Assembly: GCA_900314465.1 (NCBI GenBank)
Contig: OMVK01000039.1
Location: 1-51,665 of the forward strand
Length of the DNA stretch: 51,665 bases
Direction of reading: 5' to 3'
Source of the DNA: an uncultured bacterium
GTDB lineage: Bacteria; Bacillota_I; Bacilli_A; RF39; UBA660
The translations under genes were made by a program, and so were the position numbers. The notes under the pieces were generated by a model, which saw nothing but the letters and a program-made list of their open reading frames with translations, made no database searches and was not told where the DNA came from. Positions 1 to 11,154 of the stretch are shown in pieces. How positions within the stretch are numbered: position 1 is the stretch's first letter; every line of letters starts with the position of its first letter.

Positions 1-80
1 ATTCTATAAGACATTATTAATATATATATATTTTATTATAATTATAATAATAGTAGATATAATTAAATATATAATTATAA

Positions 81-476
81 ATAATATTAATATTATTTAG
101 TAGTATATCTTTAATTATATCTACTATTATGATAGGTATAATAACATATATAAATGTCTTAGAAAGAACAAAAGAAATAGGTATATTAAAATCATTAGGT
201 TTACCTAATAAATATATAAAATTAATATTCTATTTAGAAAGTCTAATTATATTATTAATATCATTTATTATAAGTATTATTATTACTTTGTTAATTAGTA
301 TACCTGTAAATAACATATTAACTAATATAACAGGTTTAGATAATATACTTATATTGAATATCAATAATATTTTGATATTATTTAGTATAAGTATCTTAAT
401 ATCATTATTAGGTACATTTATACCTGTAAAAAGAATATCTAAATTAAAAATAATAGATATTATCAGAAGTACTTAG
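81..476 (+). CDS. C-terminal fragment of an FtsX-like ABC transporter permease (5' part not recoverable)
   Basis: FSSISLIISTIMIGIITYINVLERTKEIGILKSLG is the FtsX-family permease motif. The frame is open back to ~81, and 1-80 is low-complexity AT with stops. Confidence 0.75.
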   Translation: MILILFSSISLIISTIMIGIITYINVLERTKEIGILKSLGLPNKYIKLIFYLESLIILLISFIISIIITLLISIPVNNILTNITGLDNILILNINNILILFSISILISLLGTFIPVKRISKLKIIDIIRST

Positions 477-546
477 TTATTTGCTTTATAATATTAAAAA
501 ATATATAATACAAATGGCTTAAAGAAAATAATTATATGGAGTTTAT

Positions 547-1065
547 ATGAAAGAATATATTAATGAAATAAATAAAATAATGGATAATATTAATTATGGT
601 TTTATTACTAAAGATAATAAGATTATTAATGATAATAATAGTAAAGAATGGGATAATTTTAATGAATATTATTATTTACAATCTCCAGAAGAATTATTAA
701 AGAGTAAAGTTGGAGTATGTTGGGATCAAGTTGAATTAGAAAGATATTTATTTAGTAAATATAATATAAATACTAAAACTTATTTTATTTATTTAGATGA
801 TTTAGAAAATTTACCATCTCATACATTCTTAGTATATCAAGATAATAATAAATATTATTGGTATGAACATTCTTGGTATAATCAAAAAGGTATACATGAA
901 TATAATAATCTAAATGAATTATTATTAGATGTTAAGAATAAGTTTATATCTGATTATGATAATAGTTATAAATTATATTTATATGAATATCAAAAACCTA
1001 AATATCATATTACTTGTAATGAGTTTTATAAGTATTTAGAAACACAAAAACAAATTAATATATAA
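547..1065 (+). CDS. Hypothetical protein, possible transglutaminase/papain-like fold
   Basis: RBS GGAG; GVCWDQ ... SHTF ... WYE resembles a Cys-His-acidic triad (inference). Confidence 0.55.
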   Translation: MKEYINEINKIMDNINYGFITKDNKIINDNNSKEWDNFNEYYYLQSPEELLKSKVGVCWDQVELERYLFSKYNINTKTYFIYLDDLENLPSHTFLVYQDNNKYYWYEHSWYNQKGIHEYNNLNELLLDVKNKFISDYDNSYKLYLYEYQKPKYHITCNEFYKYLETQKQINI

Positions 1066-1074
1066 GGAATTATT

Positions 1075-2052
1075 ATGTGGAATATAGGAAATGTTAAAAT
1101 TGAAAATAGAATTGTTTTAGCACCAATGGCAGGTATTTCTAATACATCTTATCGAAAGATAATAAAAGAAATTGGTGCTGGTTTGATATATGCAGAAATG
1201 GTATCTGATAAAGCTATTGTTTTTAATAATCAAAAGACTATGGAATTACTTAAAATGGATGAATCAGAAAGACCTATTGCTCAACAAATATTTGGAAGTG
1301 ATGTTAACTCTTTTGTTAAAGCTGCAAAATTAATTGAAGAGAAAATGCATCCGGATATTATAGATATTAATATGGGTTGCCCTGTACCTAAAGTTGCAGT
1401 TAAAGCTCAAGCAGGTAGTGCATTACTTAAAAATCCAGATAAGATTTATAAAATAGTATCAAAAGTAGTTAAGGCAGTATCTGTTCCTGTTACAGTTAAA
1501 ATAAGATTAGGATGGGATTCTAATTCGATTAATTGTGTTGAAGTTGCTAAAGTTTGTGAAAAAGCAGGTGCAAGTGCAATAACATTACATGCAAGAACTC
1601 GTGCTCAAGGCTATTCAGGTAAGGCTGATTGGTCTTATATAAAAAAGGTAAAAGAAGCAGTATCAATACCTGTTATTGGAAATGGTGATGTTAAAACTTG
1701 TTTTGATGCCAAAAGAATGCTAGATGAAACAGGATGTGATGCTGTAATGATTGGAAGAGGAGTCTTAGGAAACCCTTGGTTAATAAGAGATTGTGTTAAC
1801 TATTTAAGAGATGGAACTCTCCCAATACCAGTAACACCACAAGAAAAAATAAATATGTTAAAAAGACACTTTAATTTATTAGTACAAGATAAAAATGAAA
1901 AAGTAGCATTACTTGAAATAAGAACACATGCAGCATGGTATATCAAAGGACTAAAAGGTTCTAGTAAAATAAGAGATGAAATATTTGCTTGTAAGACTAA
2001 AGAAGAGTTATTTGATTTATTAGATAATTATCTTAATAACTATGATAACTAG
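1075..2052 (+). CDS. dusB: tRNA-dihydrouridine synthase B
   Basis: LAPMAG, DINMGCP, HARTR, GNGDV and GRG motifs. Confidence 0.95.
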   Translation: MWNIGNVKIENRIVLAPMAGISNTSYRKIIKEIGAGLIYAEMVSDKAIVFNNQKTMELLKMDESERPIAQQIFGSDVNSFVKAAKLIEEKMHPDIIDINMGCPVPKVAVKAQAGSALLKNPDKIYKIVSKVVKAVSVPVTVKIRLGWDSNSINCVEVAKVCEKAGASAITLHARTRAQGYSGKADWSYIKKVKEAVSIPVIGNGDVKTCFDAKRMLDETGCDAVMIGRGVLGNPWLIRDCVNYLRDGTLPIPVTPQEKINMLKRHFNLLVQDKNEKVALLEIRTHAAWYIKGLKGSSKIRDEIFACKTKEELFDLLDNYLNNYDN

Positions 2053-2072
2053 TATATGCTAGTTATCTTTTT
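2045..2072 (+). terminator. Intrinsic terminator after dusB
   Basis: ATAACTAG-tatatg-CTAGTTAT stem followed by a T tract. Confidence 0.7.
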
Positions 2073-2150
2073 ATATTGATATTTTATAAATATTAGTTAT
2101 AATAAATAATGTTATATTTGCAAACAAATGTTTTATATAAAGGTGATATT

Positions 2151-4964
2151 ATGGATAAAATAATTGTAAAAGGTGCTCGTGAAAATAATTTAAAAAATAT
2201 AGATATTGAGATACCTAAAAATAAATTAGTTGTAATGACCGGTGTATCTGGTTCAGGTAAATCATCACTTGCTTTTGATACTATTTATGCTGAGGGTGAA
2301 AGAAGATATGTTGAATCACTTTCTCCATTTGCAAGACAATTCTTAGGAAATTCTACTAAACCGGATGTTGATTCAATTGAAGGATTATCACCATCTATTT
2401 CGATAGACCAAAAGACTACAAATAATAATCCACGTTCAACAGTTGGTACTGTAACAGAAATTTATGATTATTTAAGATTATTATTTGCAAGAATAGGTGT
2501 TCCATATTGTCCAAATCATCATGAACCAATAACTTCACAAAGTGTTGAAGAAATGACTAATAAAATTATGGACTATCCTGAAGGGACAAGACTTGAAGTA
2601 TTAGCACCTGTTGTACATGGGGAAAAAGGTACTCATAAAGACTTATTTGATAAACTTAGAAAAGATGGATATACAAGAGTAAGAGTTAATTCAGAAACTT
2701 ATGATTTAAGTGAAGAAATAAAATGCGAAAAAAATAAAAAAGATAATATCGATGTTGTAATAGATAGAATAGTTTTAAAAAGTGAAGCTCGAACTCGATT
2801 ATTTGAAGCGATCGAAAATGCAACTAAACTTGCTGATGGTAAAGTTGTAATAAATATATTAGGTGATAAAGAAATTGTTATGTCAGAACATTATTCTTGT
2901 CCTAAGTGTGATTTTTCACTACCAGAACTTGAACCAAGAATATTTTCTTTTAATGCTCCATATGGTGCATGTCCAGCTTGTAAAGGTTTAGGAATGACTA
3001 AACATATAGATTTAAATTTATTAATACCAGATAAAAATAAATCTATCTTAGATGGAGCAATTAAGACACTTAATATAGATAATAATCAAGATACTATTAA
3101 ATTATTAACTATTGCTAAAGAGTTAAATATTGATTTAAATGTACCAATAAAAGATATGAAAAAAGAAGACTTAGATGTTATCTTATATGGTAGTGAACAA
3201 GAATTTGAATTTAATTTTATATCGAAAAATGGTAATACTCATAAGTCTGTATCGACATATGAGGGTGTTGTCACTCAACTAGAACGCAGATATATTGAAA
3301 CTACTGCCAGTTGGATTCGTGAGTGGATTGATGGATTCATGATGGAAACTACTTGTCCAGTATGTCATGGCTCACGTTTAAAAAGTGATGTTTTAAATGT
3401 ATTAGTTGGTGGTAAATCAATTTGGGATGTAACTCAAATGAGTATAAAAGACTTAATACCATTCTTTAAAAATTTAAAATTATCTGAATCACAAAAACAA
3501 ATAAGTGATTTATTATTAAAGGAAATAGAATCTCGTTTAGAATTTCTTGATCATGTTGGCCTAAATTATTTAACACTTGCAAGAGAAGCTGGAACTTTAT
3601 CAGGCGGTGAGTCACAAAGAATAAGACTTGCAACACAGATTGGTTCAAGATTATCAGGAGTTTTATATGTACTTGATGAACCATCAATTGGCTTGCATCA
3701 AAAAGATAATGATAGACTTATCGAATCACTTAAAGCTATGCGTGATTTAGGTAATACTTTAATTGTTGTTGAACATGATGAAGATACCATGAGAGCAGCT
3801 GATTATTTAATAGACATTGGCCCTGGTGCAGGAAATGAAGGCGGAAGAGTGGTTGCAGCTGGTACTCCTGAAGAAGTTGCAAATACTGAAGGTTCAATTA
3901 CAGGAGAATATTTAAGTGGAAAAAGAAAAATTGAAGTACCTACAAAAAGAAGAAAAGGTAATGGTAAATTCTTAACTGTTAAAGGAGCTAAAGAACATAA
4001 TTTAAAAAATATTAATGTTAAATTTCCACTTGGAACATTTACTTGTGTAACTGGTGTATCAGGTTCTGGCAAATCATCATTAGTAAATGAGATATTATGT
4101 CATTCTCTTCAACAATATGTTTATAATTCAAAAGTTCATATTGGTGCCTGTAAAGAAGTTAAGGGAATGGAAAATGTAGATAAAGTAGTACAAATAACTC
4201 AAGATCCAATTGGTAGAACACCAAGATCTAATCCAGCAACATATACAGGTGTATTTGATGATATTCGTGATGTTTTTGCTCAAACTAAAGAAGCAAAGAT
4301 TCGTGGATATGATAAGAGTAGATTTTCATTCAATGTTAAAGGTGGAAGATGTGAGGCTTGTTGGGGTGATGGTGTTAAAAAAATTGAAATGCACTTTCTT
4401 CCAGATGTTTATGTACCATGTGATGTCTGTCATGGAACTCGTTTTAACTCAGAAACACTAGATATTAAATTTAAAGGAAAATCAATTGCAGATGTCTTAG
4501 ATATGAGAGTTGAAGAAGCCTATGAATTCTTTAAAAATGAACCTAAGATCAAAGCTAAATTACAAGTATTAATGGACGTAGGCCTTTCATATATTAAACT
4601 AGGAGAACCAGCTCCTGACTTATCAGGTGGTGAAGCAGGTAGAATAAAACTTGCCAAAGAACTTCAAAAGAAACCAACAGGTAAATCAGTATTTATCTTA
4701 GATGAACCAACAACTGGATTACATTCAGAAGATATTAAAAAACTCTTATCAATTTTACAAAGAATAGTTGATAATGGTGATACTGTAATCGTAATTGAAC
4801 ATAATCTTGATGTAATAAAAGTAGCAGATTATATTATTGATTTAGGACCAGATGGTGGAGATGCAGGTGGTGAAGTTGTTACTACCGGTACACCAGAAGA
4901 AGTAAGTGAGTGCAAGACTTCATATACAGGTGAATATTTAAAGAAAATATTAAATAAATATTAA
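2151..4964 (+). CDS. uvrA: Excinuclease ABC subunit A
   Basis: Two GVSGSGKS Walker A motifs, LSGGE signatures and CxxC zinc fingers. Start moved to MDKIIVKGA at 2151, after RBS AAGGTGA. Confidence 0.98.
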   Translation: MDKIIVKGARENNLKNIDIEIPKNKLVVMTGVSGSGKSSLAFDTIYAEGERRYVESLSPFARQFLGNSTKPDVDSIEGLSPSISIDQKTTNNNPRSTVGTVTEIYDYLRLLFARIGVPYCPNHHEPITSQSVEEMTNKIMDYPEGTRLEVLAPVVHGEKGTHKDLFDKLRKDGYTRVRVNSETYDLSEEIKCEKNKKDNIDVVIDRIVLKSEARTRLFEAIENATKLADGKVVINILGDKEIVMSEHYSCPKCDFSLPELEPRIFSFNAPYGACPACKGLGMTKHIDLNLLIPDKNKSILDGAIKTLNIDNNQDTIKLLTIAKELNIDLNVPIKDMKKEDLDVILYGSEQEFEFNFISKNGNTHKSVSTYEGVVTQLERRYIETTASWIREWIDGFMMETTCPVCHGSRLKSDVLNVLVGGKSIWDVTQMSIKDLIPFFKNLKLSESQKQISDLLLKEIESRLEFLDHVGLNYLTLAREAGTLSGGESQRIRLATQIGSRLSGVLYVLDEPSIGLHQKDNDRLIESLKAMRDLGNTLIVVEHDEDTMRAADYLIDIGPGAGNEGGRVVAAGTPEEVANTEGSITGEYLSGKRKIEVPTKRRKGNGKFLTVKGAKEHNLKNINVKFPLGTFTCVTGVSGSGKSSLVNEILCHSLQQYVYNSKVHIGACKEVKGMENVDKVVQITQDPIGRTPRSNPATYTGVFDDIRDVFAQTKEAKIRGYDKSRFSFNVKGGRCEACWGDGVKKIEMHFLPDVYVPCDVCHGTRFNSETLDIKFKGKSIADVLDMRVEEAYEFFKNEPKIKAKLQVLMDVGLSYIKLGEPAPDLSGGEAGRIKLAKELQKKPTGKSVFILDEPTTGLHSEDIKKLLSILQRIVDNGDTVIVIEHNLDVIKVADYIIDLGPDGGDAGGEVVTTGTPEEVSECKTSYTGEYLKKILNKY

Positions 4965-5040
4965 TTTACAAATAAGTTATTATTTTATTTATTCAAGTAT
5001 TAAAATAATGTTATAATTTCAGTAGGATAGAGGTGTTTTA

Positions 5041-5856
5041 ATGAATCCAATAGCTTTCTCTATATGGGGTTATGATATAAGATGGTATTCAATATTTATT
5101 TTAGCAGCTGTTATTGCATCAGCAATTGCAATTGAAAGAGAAACAGATCGATTTGGTATTAGACCTGATTTTGTATTTAATATGTTATTTTGGGCATTCA
5201 TATGTGGTGTAATTGGTGCAAGATTATATTATGTTTTATTTAATTTTCAATTATTTGCAAGTGATCCTATGACTATTTTAGAAATATGGAATGGTGGTCT
5301 TGCAATTCATGGTGGACTAATCGCTGGTTTACTTTTCATTATCGGATATACTAAAAAATATAATGTTAGAACGATACGTATATTAGATATGGTTTCTGTA
5401 CCATTATTACTTGGACAAGCAATCGGACGCTGGGGTAATTTCTTTAATCAGGAAGCTCATGGTGCTGCAACAACAGTACAAATACTTAAAAGTTTTGGCT
5501 TACCAAAGTTTATTATTGATGGAATGACTATTGATGGTGTTGTTTACACTCCAACATTCTTAATAGAATCAATTTTATGTTTAATAGCATTTATTCTAAT
5601 ATGTTTTATTAGGAGAGGAAAATATACCAAAGTAGGAGTACCATTTGCATGCTATTTAATATCATATGGTTTAATAAGATTCTTTATTGAAATATCAAGA
5701 ACTGATGCACTTATGATTGGTGGATTTAAAGTAGCTCAAATTGTATCAGTTATTATGGTTATTGTTGGTATTGGAATACTTATGTACGATAGTAGAAAAG
5801 GCAAGTTTGAAGATTTATATAACGACCGAAGTAATATAGATGAGATAAAATATTAA
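5041..5856 (+). CDS. lgt: Prolipoprotein diacylglyceryl transferase
   Basis: IRWY, GARLYYV, GGLAIHGG and GRWGNFFNQE motifs. Confidence 0.97.
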   Translation: MNPIAFSIWGYDIRWYSIFILAAVIASAIAIERETDRFGIRPDFVFNMLFWAFICGVIGARLYYVLFNFQLFASDPMTILEIWNGGLAIHGGLIAGLLFIIGYTKKYNVRTIRILDMVSVPLLLGQAIGRWGNFFNQEAHGAATTVQILKSFGLPKFIIDGMTIDGVVYTPTFLIESILCLIAFILICFIRRGKYTKVGVPFACYLISYGLIRFFIEISRTDALMIGGFKVAQIVSVIMVIVGIGILMYDSRKGKFEDLYNDRSNIDEIKY

Positions 5857-5932
5857 TATTTAAAAAGAACTAATATGTTCTTTTTTCTTTGTAATAAAAA
5901 AATTAATGTGATATGATTTTACTGGTGAGAAA

Positions 5933-6292
5933 ATGAATAATTTAGTGATGGCTTATCTAGGTGATGCTGTCTATGAATTATATATTAGAGAGTACTTAAT
6001 AAATAAAGGGATTGCTAAAGTTAAAACACTTCAAGAAGCAAGTATTAATTATGTGTCGGCAGTCAGTCAAAGAAGAATATTAGAAAAATTAATAGATAAT
6101 AATTATTTAACTGACGAAGAAATAGAAATAGTTAATCGTGGACGTAATGCATCATCACATCCAAGTAAGACTACTGATATAGTTACATATAAAAAGTCTA
6201 CTGGTTTTGAATGTTTAATTGGCAATTTATATAAAAATAATAAAGATAGATGTTATCAAATTCTAGATTATATTATAGATAATAATTTATAA
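5933..6292 (+). CDS. mrnC: Mini-ribonuclease III
   Basis: AYLGDAVYELYIR, RGRNA and STGFECLIG motifs. Confidence 0.93.
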   Translation: MNNLVMAYLGDAVYELYIREYLINKGIAKVKTLQEASINYVSAVSQRRILEKLIDNNYLTDEEIEIVNRGRNASSHPSKTTDIVTYKKSTGFECLIGNLYKNNKDRCYQILDYIIDNNL

Positions 6293-6308
6293 AAGAAAGA
6301 AGATTTAT

Positions 6309-6908
6309 ATGGATTATCAAAACGATAACGAACTAATTGAAATGGTATCTGATAATTCTGAAGAAGCAAGAGATTATTTATATAATAAATATTCGTATAT
6401 CGTAGATATTATTATTAATAAATATCGTACTAGTGCTAGTTATTTAAATGTCGATATGAATGATTTAAGACAAGAAGCTTTATTAGGTTTTTCAGATGCT
6501 TTAGTAAATTATAATCAAGATAAAGATACTAGTCTTTCAACTTTTATTAGTTTATGTGTTGAAAGAAGAGTTGGTAATTATATAAGAAAATATAGTACAA
6601 ACAAAATGAAACAAGAAGGCAATGCTCTTTCTTTAGATATGAATGTAGGAAAAGATGAAGATTTACCTATTCAAGATGTAATTGGTATGCCAAACTCAAA
6701 TCCTGAAACCAAGATGGTTGATAAAGAAGAAACAGAAAGATTAAATAGAGAGATTAAAGAAGCATTAAGTCCTTCGGAATATGAGATATATGAATTATTA
6801 ATAAATGATTTTAGCTATGAAGATATTGCTAAAATAACTAATAAACAACCAAAGCAAGTTTATAATATGATATATCGTATTCGTAGCAAAGTTAAAGATT
6901 TATTATAA
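6309..6908 (+). CDS. sigH: Sigma-70 family sigma factor, SigH-like
   Basis: DLRQEALLG, FISLCVER and YEDIA..KQVYN..YRIR motifs; sits at the conserved position between mrnC and secE. Confidence 0.8.
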   Translation: MDYQNDNELIEMVSDNSEEARDYLYNKYSYIVDIIINKYRTSASYLNVDMNDLRQEALLGFSDALVNYNQDKDTSLSTFISLCVERRVGNYIRKYSTNKMKQEGNALSLDMNVGKDEDLPIQDVIGMPNSNPETKMVDKEETERLNREIKEALSPSEYEIYELLINDFSYEDIAKITNKQPKQVYNMIYRIRSKVKDLL

Positions 6909-6998
6909 AATTATTGCATTAAATACTTCCATATGCTATATTATTGGTGTACACGGAAGTGTTTTTTTTATACATGAATTTTAAGAGGAGTTTTAAAC

Positions 6999-7499
6999 AT
7001 GAAAAAGAAAAGCAATGAAAAAAATGAAAAAAAAGAAACTATCGAAGAAAAAGATAATTCTGATGTAAAAACTAAAAAAGCAGCAAAAGAATTAAAAGAA
7101 CAAGAAAAGAAACAAGAAAAAGAAGAGAGAAAAAAGTTTGAAAAAGAAGAGAAAGCTAAAAAAGAAGCTGAAGAAGAAAAATATGAAGAAGAACGTGAAA
7201 AAGTAGAACAACAAATTGATGATTTACTAGTCAAACGTGATGATGCAAAAGATAATAAAGATAAAGAACAAGTAAAAGAATTAAATAAAGAAATCAAAGA
7301 ACTTAAGAAAAAAAGATCTGATATTGGCAAAGAAGATTCTTATTTACACCAAGTAAAAGAAGAAATGAAACTTGTTCGTTTTCCAAGCAAACAAGAAGTA
7401 ATTAAATATTCGATTGCAACACTTGTATTTATTGTGTTCTTTGGTTTATTCTTTTCGCTTATTAATGCAATATTTGCATTTATCAAAACATTATTTTAA
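6999..7499 (+). CDS. secE: Preprotein translocase SecE with a long K/E-rich N-terminal extension
   Basis: C-terminal VKEEMKLVRFPSKQE plus a single TM helix; immediately upstream of nusG. Confidence 0.88.
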   Translation: MKKKSNEKNEKKETIEEKDNSDVKTKKAAKELKEQEKKQEKEERKKFEKEEKAKKEAEEEKYEEEREKVEQQIDDLLVKRDDAKDNKDKEQVKELNKEIKELKKKRSDIGKEDSYLHQVKEEMKLVRFPSKQEVIKYSIATLVFIVFFGLFFSLINAIFAFIKTLF

Positions 7500-7513
7500 A
7501 AGGGGAACATTGT

Positions 7514-8053
7514 ATGGAAAAGTTATGGTATGTTGTTAATACTTATTCAGGTCATGAAGATTCAGTAAAAGAAAAGCTTATGCAAAGAGCATCATCAATG
7601 GGATTTGATGATTATATATTTAGAGTTATTGTTCCAACAGAAACTGTAGTTGAAACTACTAAAGATGGAAAGAAAAAAGAAGTTCAAAAGAAGTTATTTC
7701 CTGGTTATGTTTTAGTAGAAATGATTATGACTGATGAAGCTTGGTATGTTGTAAGAAATACTCCAGGTGTAACAGGTTTACTTGGTTCATCTGGTAAAGG
7801 TGCAAAACCAACTCCAATTCCACCACAAGAAATTGAAAAAATATTAGTAAATATGGGTATGTCAAGAGTTGATGCTGATACTGAACTTAAAAAAGGTACT
7901 AAGGTTGATATTGTTGATGGTCCATTTAAGGGTATGAGTGGTGTTGTTGATACAGTTGATAATGATAATAATAGATTAACAGTAATTATTGATTTATTTG
8001 GTCAAGAAACTCCTGTCGAACTAGAAACATTCCAAATAAATATTGCAAGATAA
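7514..8053 (+). CDS. nusG: Transcription termination/antitermination factor NusG
   Basis: WYVVNTYSGHE, FPGYVLVEM, VRNTPGVTG and KOW motif DGPF. Confidence 0.98.
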   Translation: MEKLWYVVNTYSGHEDSVKEKLMQRASSMGFDDYIFRVIVPTETVVETTKDGKKKEVQKKLFPGYVLVEMIMTDEAWYVVRNTPGVTGLLGSSGKGAKPTPIPPQEIEKILVNMGMSRVDADTELKKGTKVDIVDGPFKGMSGVVDTVDNDNNRLTVIIDLFGQETPVELETFQINIAR

Positions 8054-8151
8054 AGATTTCTCTTTATCTTTTTTGTTGATATTAATAATTACTTGCTATT
8101 TATTAGTACTTGTGTTAATATCTAAATTGCTAAATTATTTTTAGCATGAAT

Positions 8152-8186
8152 GTGGGAGGGAAACGCGGATTTGCCCATTACCACAT
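8152..8186 (+). promoter_or_regulatory. Conserved rplK leader (GTGGGAG...ACCAC, L1-binding-site-like structure)
   Basis: GTGGGAGGG..CCCATTACCACAT resembles the structured leaders in Firmicute rplK/rplA regions. Confidence 0.6.
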
Positions 8187-8215
8187 AGCGAAAATACAGA
8201 AAGGATGTGTTTTAC

Positions 8216-8803
8216 GTGGCAAAAGAAGTCTTTAGAAAAGTTAAATTACAAATCGAAGCAGGAAAAGCAACTCCAGCTCCACCAGTTGGTACTGCAGTTG
8301 GTCCATTAGGAATCAATATTCAAGATTTCTGTCAAAAGTATAATGCTGCTACTCAAGATAAACTTGGTAATGTAATACCAGTTGAATTAACAGTTTATGC
8401 TGATAAGTCATTCGATTTCGTTTTAAAAACACCACCTACTGCTGAATTACTTAAGAAAGCTGCAAAGATTGAAAAAGCTAGTAGTAAAGGTGCTAATGAA
8501 GTAGTTGCAACTTTAACTCAAGATGATATTAAGAAGATTGCTGAAACTAAAATGCCTGATTTAAATGCTTATTCAATCGAAGAAGCTATGAAACAAGTTG
8601 AAGGTACAGCACGTAATATGGGAATTGCAGTTAAGGGTGTAAACGATCAAGAACTTGCTGAACAAGAAAAAGAGGCTGAAGAAGAAGAGGCTAAAGAAGC
8701 TGAAAGAGAAGCCGAACTTCAAGCTATGCAAGAATCTTCTCAAGATACTAATGTAGAAACTGAAGTTATCACTGAGAAGAAAGATGAAGAAGAACAACAA
8801 TAA
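8216..8803 (+). CDS. rplK: 50S ribosomal protein L11 with an acidic C-terminal extension
   Basis: AGKATPAPPVG, KTPP, KMPDLNA and GTARNMG motifs; likely GTG start at 8216. Confidence 0.97.
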   Translation: MAKEVFRKVKLQIEAGKATPAPPVGTAVGPLGINIQDFCQKYNAATQDKLGNVIPVELTVYADKSFDFVLKTPPTAELLKKAAKIEKASSKGANEVVATLTQDDIKKIAETKMPDLNAYSIEEAMKQVEGTARNMGIAVKGVNDQELAEQEKEAEEEEAKEAEREAELQAMQESSQDTNVETEVITEKKDEEEQQ

Positions 8804-8862
8804 TTTAAATTAATTTAATATAAATAAAAATCCGCTAATAAACCACGATTGGAGGTAAAAAG

Positions 8863-9561
8863 ATGAAAAAGTTTGGAAAGAAATATGTGGAAGCTTCAAA
8901 ATTAGTTGAAGCAAATAAGCAATATACTTTATCTGAAGCTGTTGATTTAGTTAAGAAAACTTCTGTAACTAAGTTTGATAGTTCAGTAGAAATTGCTGTT
9001 AAACTTAACATCGATACCAAGAAAGCTGATCAACAAATGAGAGGTTCTATTGTTTTACCAAATGGAAATGGTAAGACTAAGAAAGTATTAGTACTTGCAA
9101 AAGGTGCTGCTGCTGAAGCTGCAAAAGCTGCCGGTGCTGATTATGTTGGAGAACAAGATATGATCGATAAGATAGCTAAGGAAAACTGGTTTGATTATGA
9201 TGTAATCGTTGCAACTCCTGAAATGATGCCTGCACTTGGTAAAATTGGTCGTGTTTTAGGGCCAAGAGGTTTAATGCCTAACCCTAAAACTGGAACTGTT
9301 ACAACAACACCTGATAAGGCTGTTTTAGATGTTAAGAAAGGTATGGTTGAATATCGTGCTGATCAATATGGTAATGTTAATTTATCAGTTGGTAAAGTTT
9401 CATTTACTGAAGATAAATTAATTGAAAATATCAAGTTTGTTATTAACACACTTGTGAAAGCAAAACCTGCATCAGTAAAAGGTAAATATATTAAAAACAT
9501 ATCTTTATCTACTACTATGGGTCCTGGTATCCATGTAGACCAAAATTCTATTGACATGTAA
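8863..9561 (+). CDS. rplA: 50S ribosomal protein L1
   Basis: GRVLGPRGLMPNPKTGT and STTMGPG motifs. Confidence 0.98.
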   Translation: MKKFGKKYVEASKLVEANKQYTLSEAVDLVKKTSVTKFDSSVEIAVKLNIDTKKADQQMRGSIVLPNGNGKTKKVLVLAKGAAAEAAKAAGADYVGEQDMIDKIAKENWFDYDVIVATPEMMPALGKIGRVLGPRGLMPNPKTGTVTTTPDKAVLDVKKGMVEYRADQYGNVNLSVGKVSFTEDKLIENIKFVINTLVKAKPASVKGKYIKNISLSTTMGPGIHVDQNSIDM

Positions 9562-9597
9562 TTTATTATAGTGTTAATATAATGATGTTAAAAAAAC

Positions 9598-9702
9598 GAG
9601 TACCGAAGACAGTAGGGAATACTTATGTATTTTAATTATCCTACCGAGGGAAGGTTTATTCTTTTAAAAGATATAGACTTTCCTTAACGGAAAGTTTTTT
9701 TA
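9598..9702 (+). promoter_or_regulatory. L10 leader (rplJL autoregulatory RNA) with attenuator-like hairpin
   Basis: CCGAAGACAGTAGG...TTAA...CCTACCGAGG, then an ACTTTCC-ttaac-GGAAAGT stem plus T tract upstream of rplJ. Confidence 0.8.
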
Positions 9703-9724
9703 TAAATAATAAAGGAGGACATGT

Positions 9725-10228
9725 ATGGCAAGTTCAAAAATACTTGAATCTAAACAAGCAACAGTAGATGAAATTACTGATAAAATAAAAAATTCTGAAT
9801 CAGTTGTTGTATTTAAATATGCAAAAAGTACTGTTAGCGATTTACAGGGTTTAAGAAGAGAATTGAAAAAGTCTGATAGTGAAGTTAAAGTTTACAAGAA
9901 TACCCTTGTTAAACGTGCACTAGATGGTTTAAATATTGACCTTGATGAGTATCTTGAAGGACCTAATGCTATCGTTTTTGGTAAAGATTTACTAGAGCCA
10001 ATTAAGGCTGTATCTAAATTTGCTAAAGATCATGATAATATTGAAATTACAACTGGTATTATTGATGGCAAAGCAGTTTCACTTGATACTATTAAAGATT
10101 ATGCATCTATCCCATCAAGAGAAGGACTTATCACTATGATTGCTGGTGGCTTAATGGAACATGTTAAGAAAGTAGCCATCGAACTTAATTTATATGCCGA
10201 TAAATTAGGCGGAGAAAATAATAATTAA
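9725..10228 (+). CDS. rplJ: 50S ribosomal protein L10
   Basis: LRRELK, VYKNTLVKRA and ASIPSREGL motifs. Confidence 0.96.
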   Translation: MASSKILESKQATVDEITDKIKNSESVVVFKYAKSTVSDLQGLRRELKKSDSEVKVYKNTLVKRALDGLNIDLDEYLEGPNAIVFGKDLLEPIKAVSKFAKDHDNIEITTGIIDGKAVSLDTIKDYASIPSREGLITMIAGGLMEHVKKVAIELNLYADKLGGENNN

Positions 10229-10246
10229 AAGAAAGGAATGATTTAA

Positions 10247-10612
10247 ATGGCAAAATTATCTACACAAGAAATAGTTGACGCTATAAAAGAAATGACTATT
10301 CTAGAAGTTAAAGATTTAGAAGAAGCAATTGAGAAGGAATTTGGAGTTAATCCAAATGCAGTAGCTGTTGCTGCACCTGCTGAAGCTCAAAAGGATGACG
10401 GTCCTTCTACTAAGACTGTTGTATTAAAGAGTTGCGGAGATAAGAAGATTGCAGTTATTAAAGTTATACGTGAAGCTACTGGCTTAGGTTTAGTTGAAGC
10501 TAAGGGTCTTGCTGATAAAGGTGGAAATATTAAGGAAAATATTCCTGCTGCTGAAGCTGATGAACTTAAGGCTAAACTTGAAGAAGCTGGAGCTACTGTT
10601 GAACTTCAATAA
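10247..10612 (+). CDS. rplL: 50S ribosomal protein L7/L12
   Basis: KIAVIKVIREATGLGLVEAK and LEEAGATVEL motifs. Confidence 0.98.
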   Translation: MAKLSTQEIVDAIKEMTILEVKDLEEAIEKEFGVNPNAVAVAAPAEAQKDDGPSTKTVVLKSCGDKKIAVIKVIREATGLGLVEAKGLADKGGNIKENIPAAEADELKAKLEEAGATVELQ

Positions 10613-10624
10613 TAGTAAATTATT

Positions 10625-10654
10625 AAACTGATGATGTAACTTCATCAGTTTTTT
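10625..10654 (+). terminator. Intrinsic terminator after rplL
   Basis: AAACTGATGA-tgtaact-TCATCAGTTT followed by a T tract. Confidence 0.85.
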
Positions 10655-10677
10655 GTTATAATGAAATAGTGATGTGA

Positions 10678-11019
10678 ATGAAGAAGATAGTTATTTTAAT
10701 GACAATTAGTGCATTTAGTATATTTTTTGCATTACTATTTATAGGAAAAAGTATAGAAAAAAATAATGCTGATTATCGTGCTCTTGAAAATGATATGGTT
10801 GAAATAGCACAAACATATGTTGATTCAAATAAGTTGACTGTTTCAATTGGAGATATGGTTGAATTAAAGGCTAGCAAGATGATGGAAGACAAATTATTAA
10901 ATTCTATGAATGTAAAAGATGATACATGTGATGGTTATGTAAATATATCAAGATCATATTCAGGATATAAATATGATCCATATATTAAATGTAATTATTA
11001 TGAAACTTATCAAGATTAA
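10678..11019 (+). CDS. Small N-terminally anchored exported protein with a C-terminal Cys pair
   Basis: MKK plus a hydrophobic helix; CDGYV...YIKC; has its own TGnTATAAT promoter. Confidence 0.7.
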   Translation: MKKIVILMTISAFSIFFALLFIGKSIEKNNADYRALENDMVEIAQTYVDSNKLTVSIGDMVELKASKMMEDKLLNSMNVKDDTCDGYVNISRSYSGYKYDPYIKCNYYETYQD

Positions 11020-11154
11020 TTTAAATATGCTTGACTAATTTTTTTCTAAATGCTATATTATATTCGCAATTTTAAATTTGATTCTGCCTCGGTAGAATCT
11101 TATTTTAAAAGAATACATGATACACCGGGATGTGTGTATATAGAAAGGAAATAT

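Noticed and set aside
1-80. AT-only stretch as an origin or regulatory element
   Set aside because: It is low-complexity sequence at the window edge interrupting a permease gene, with no DnaA boxes; more likely a contig-end artefact or decay.
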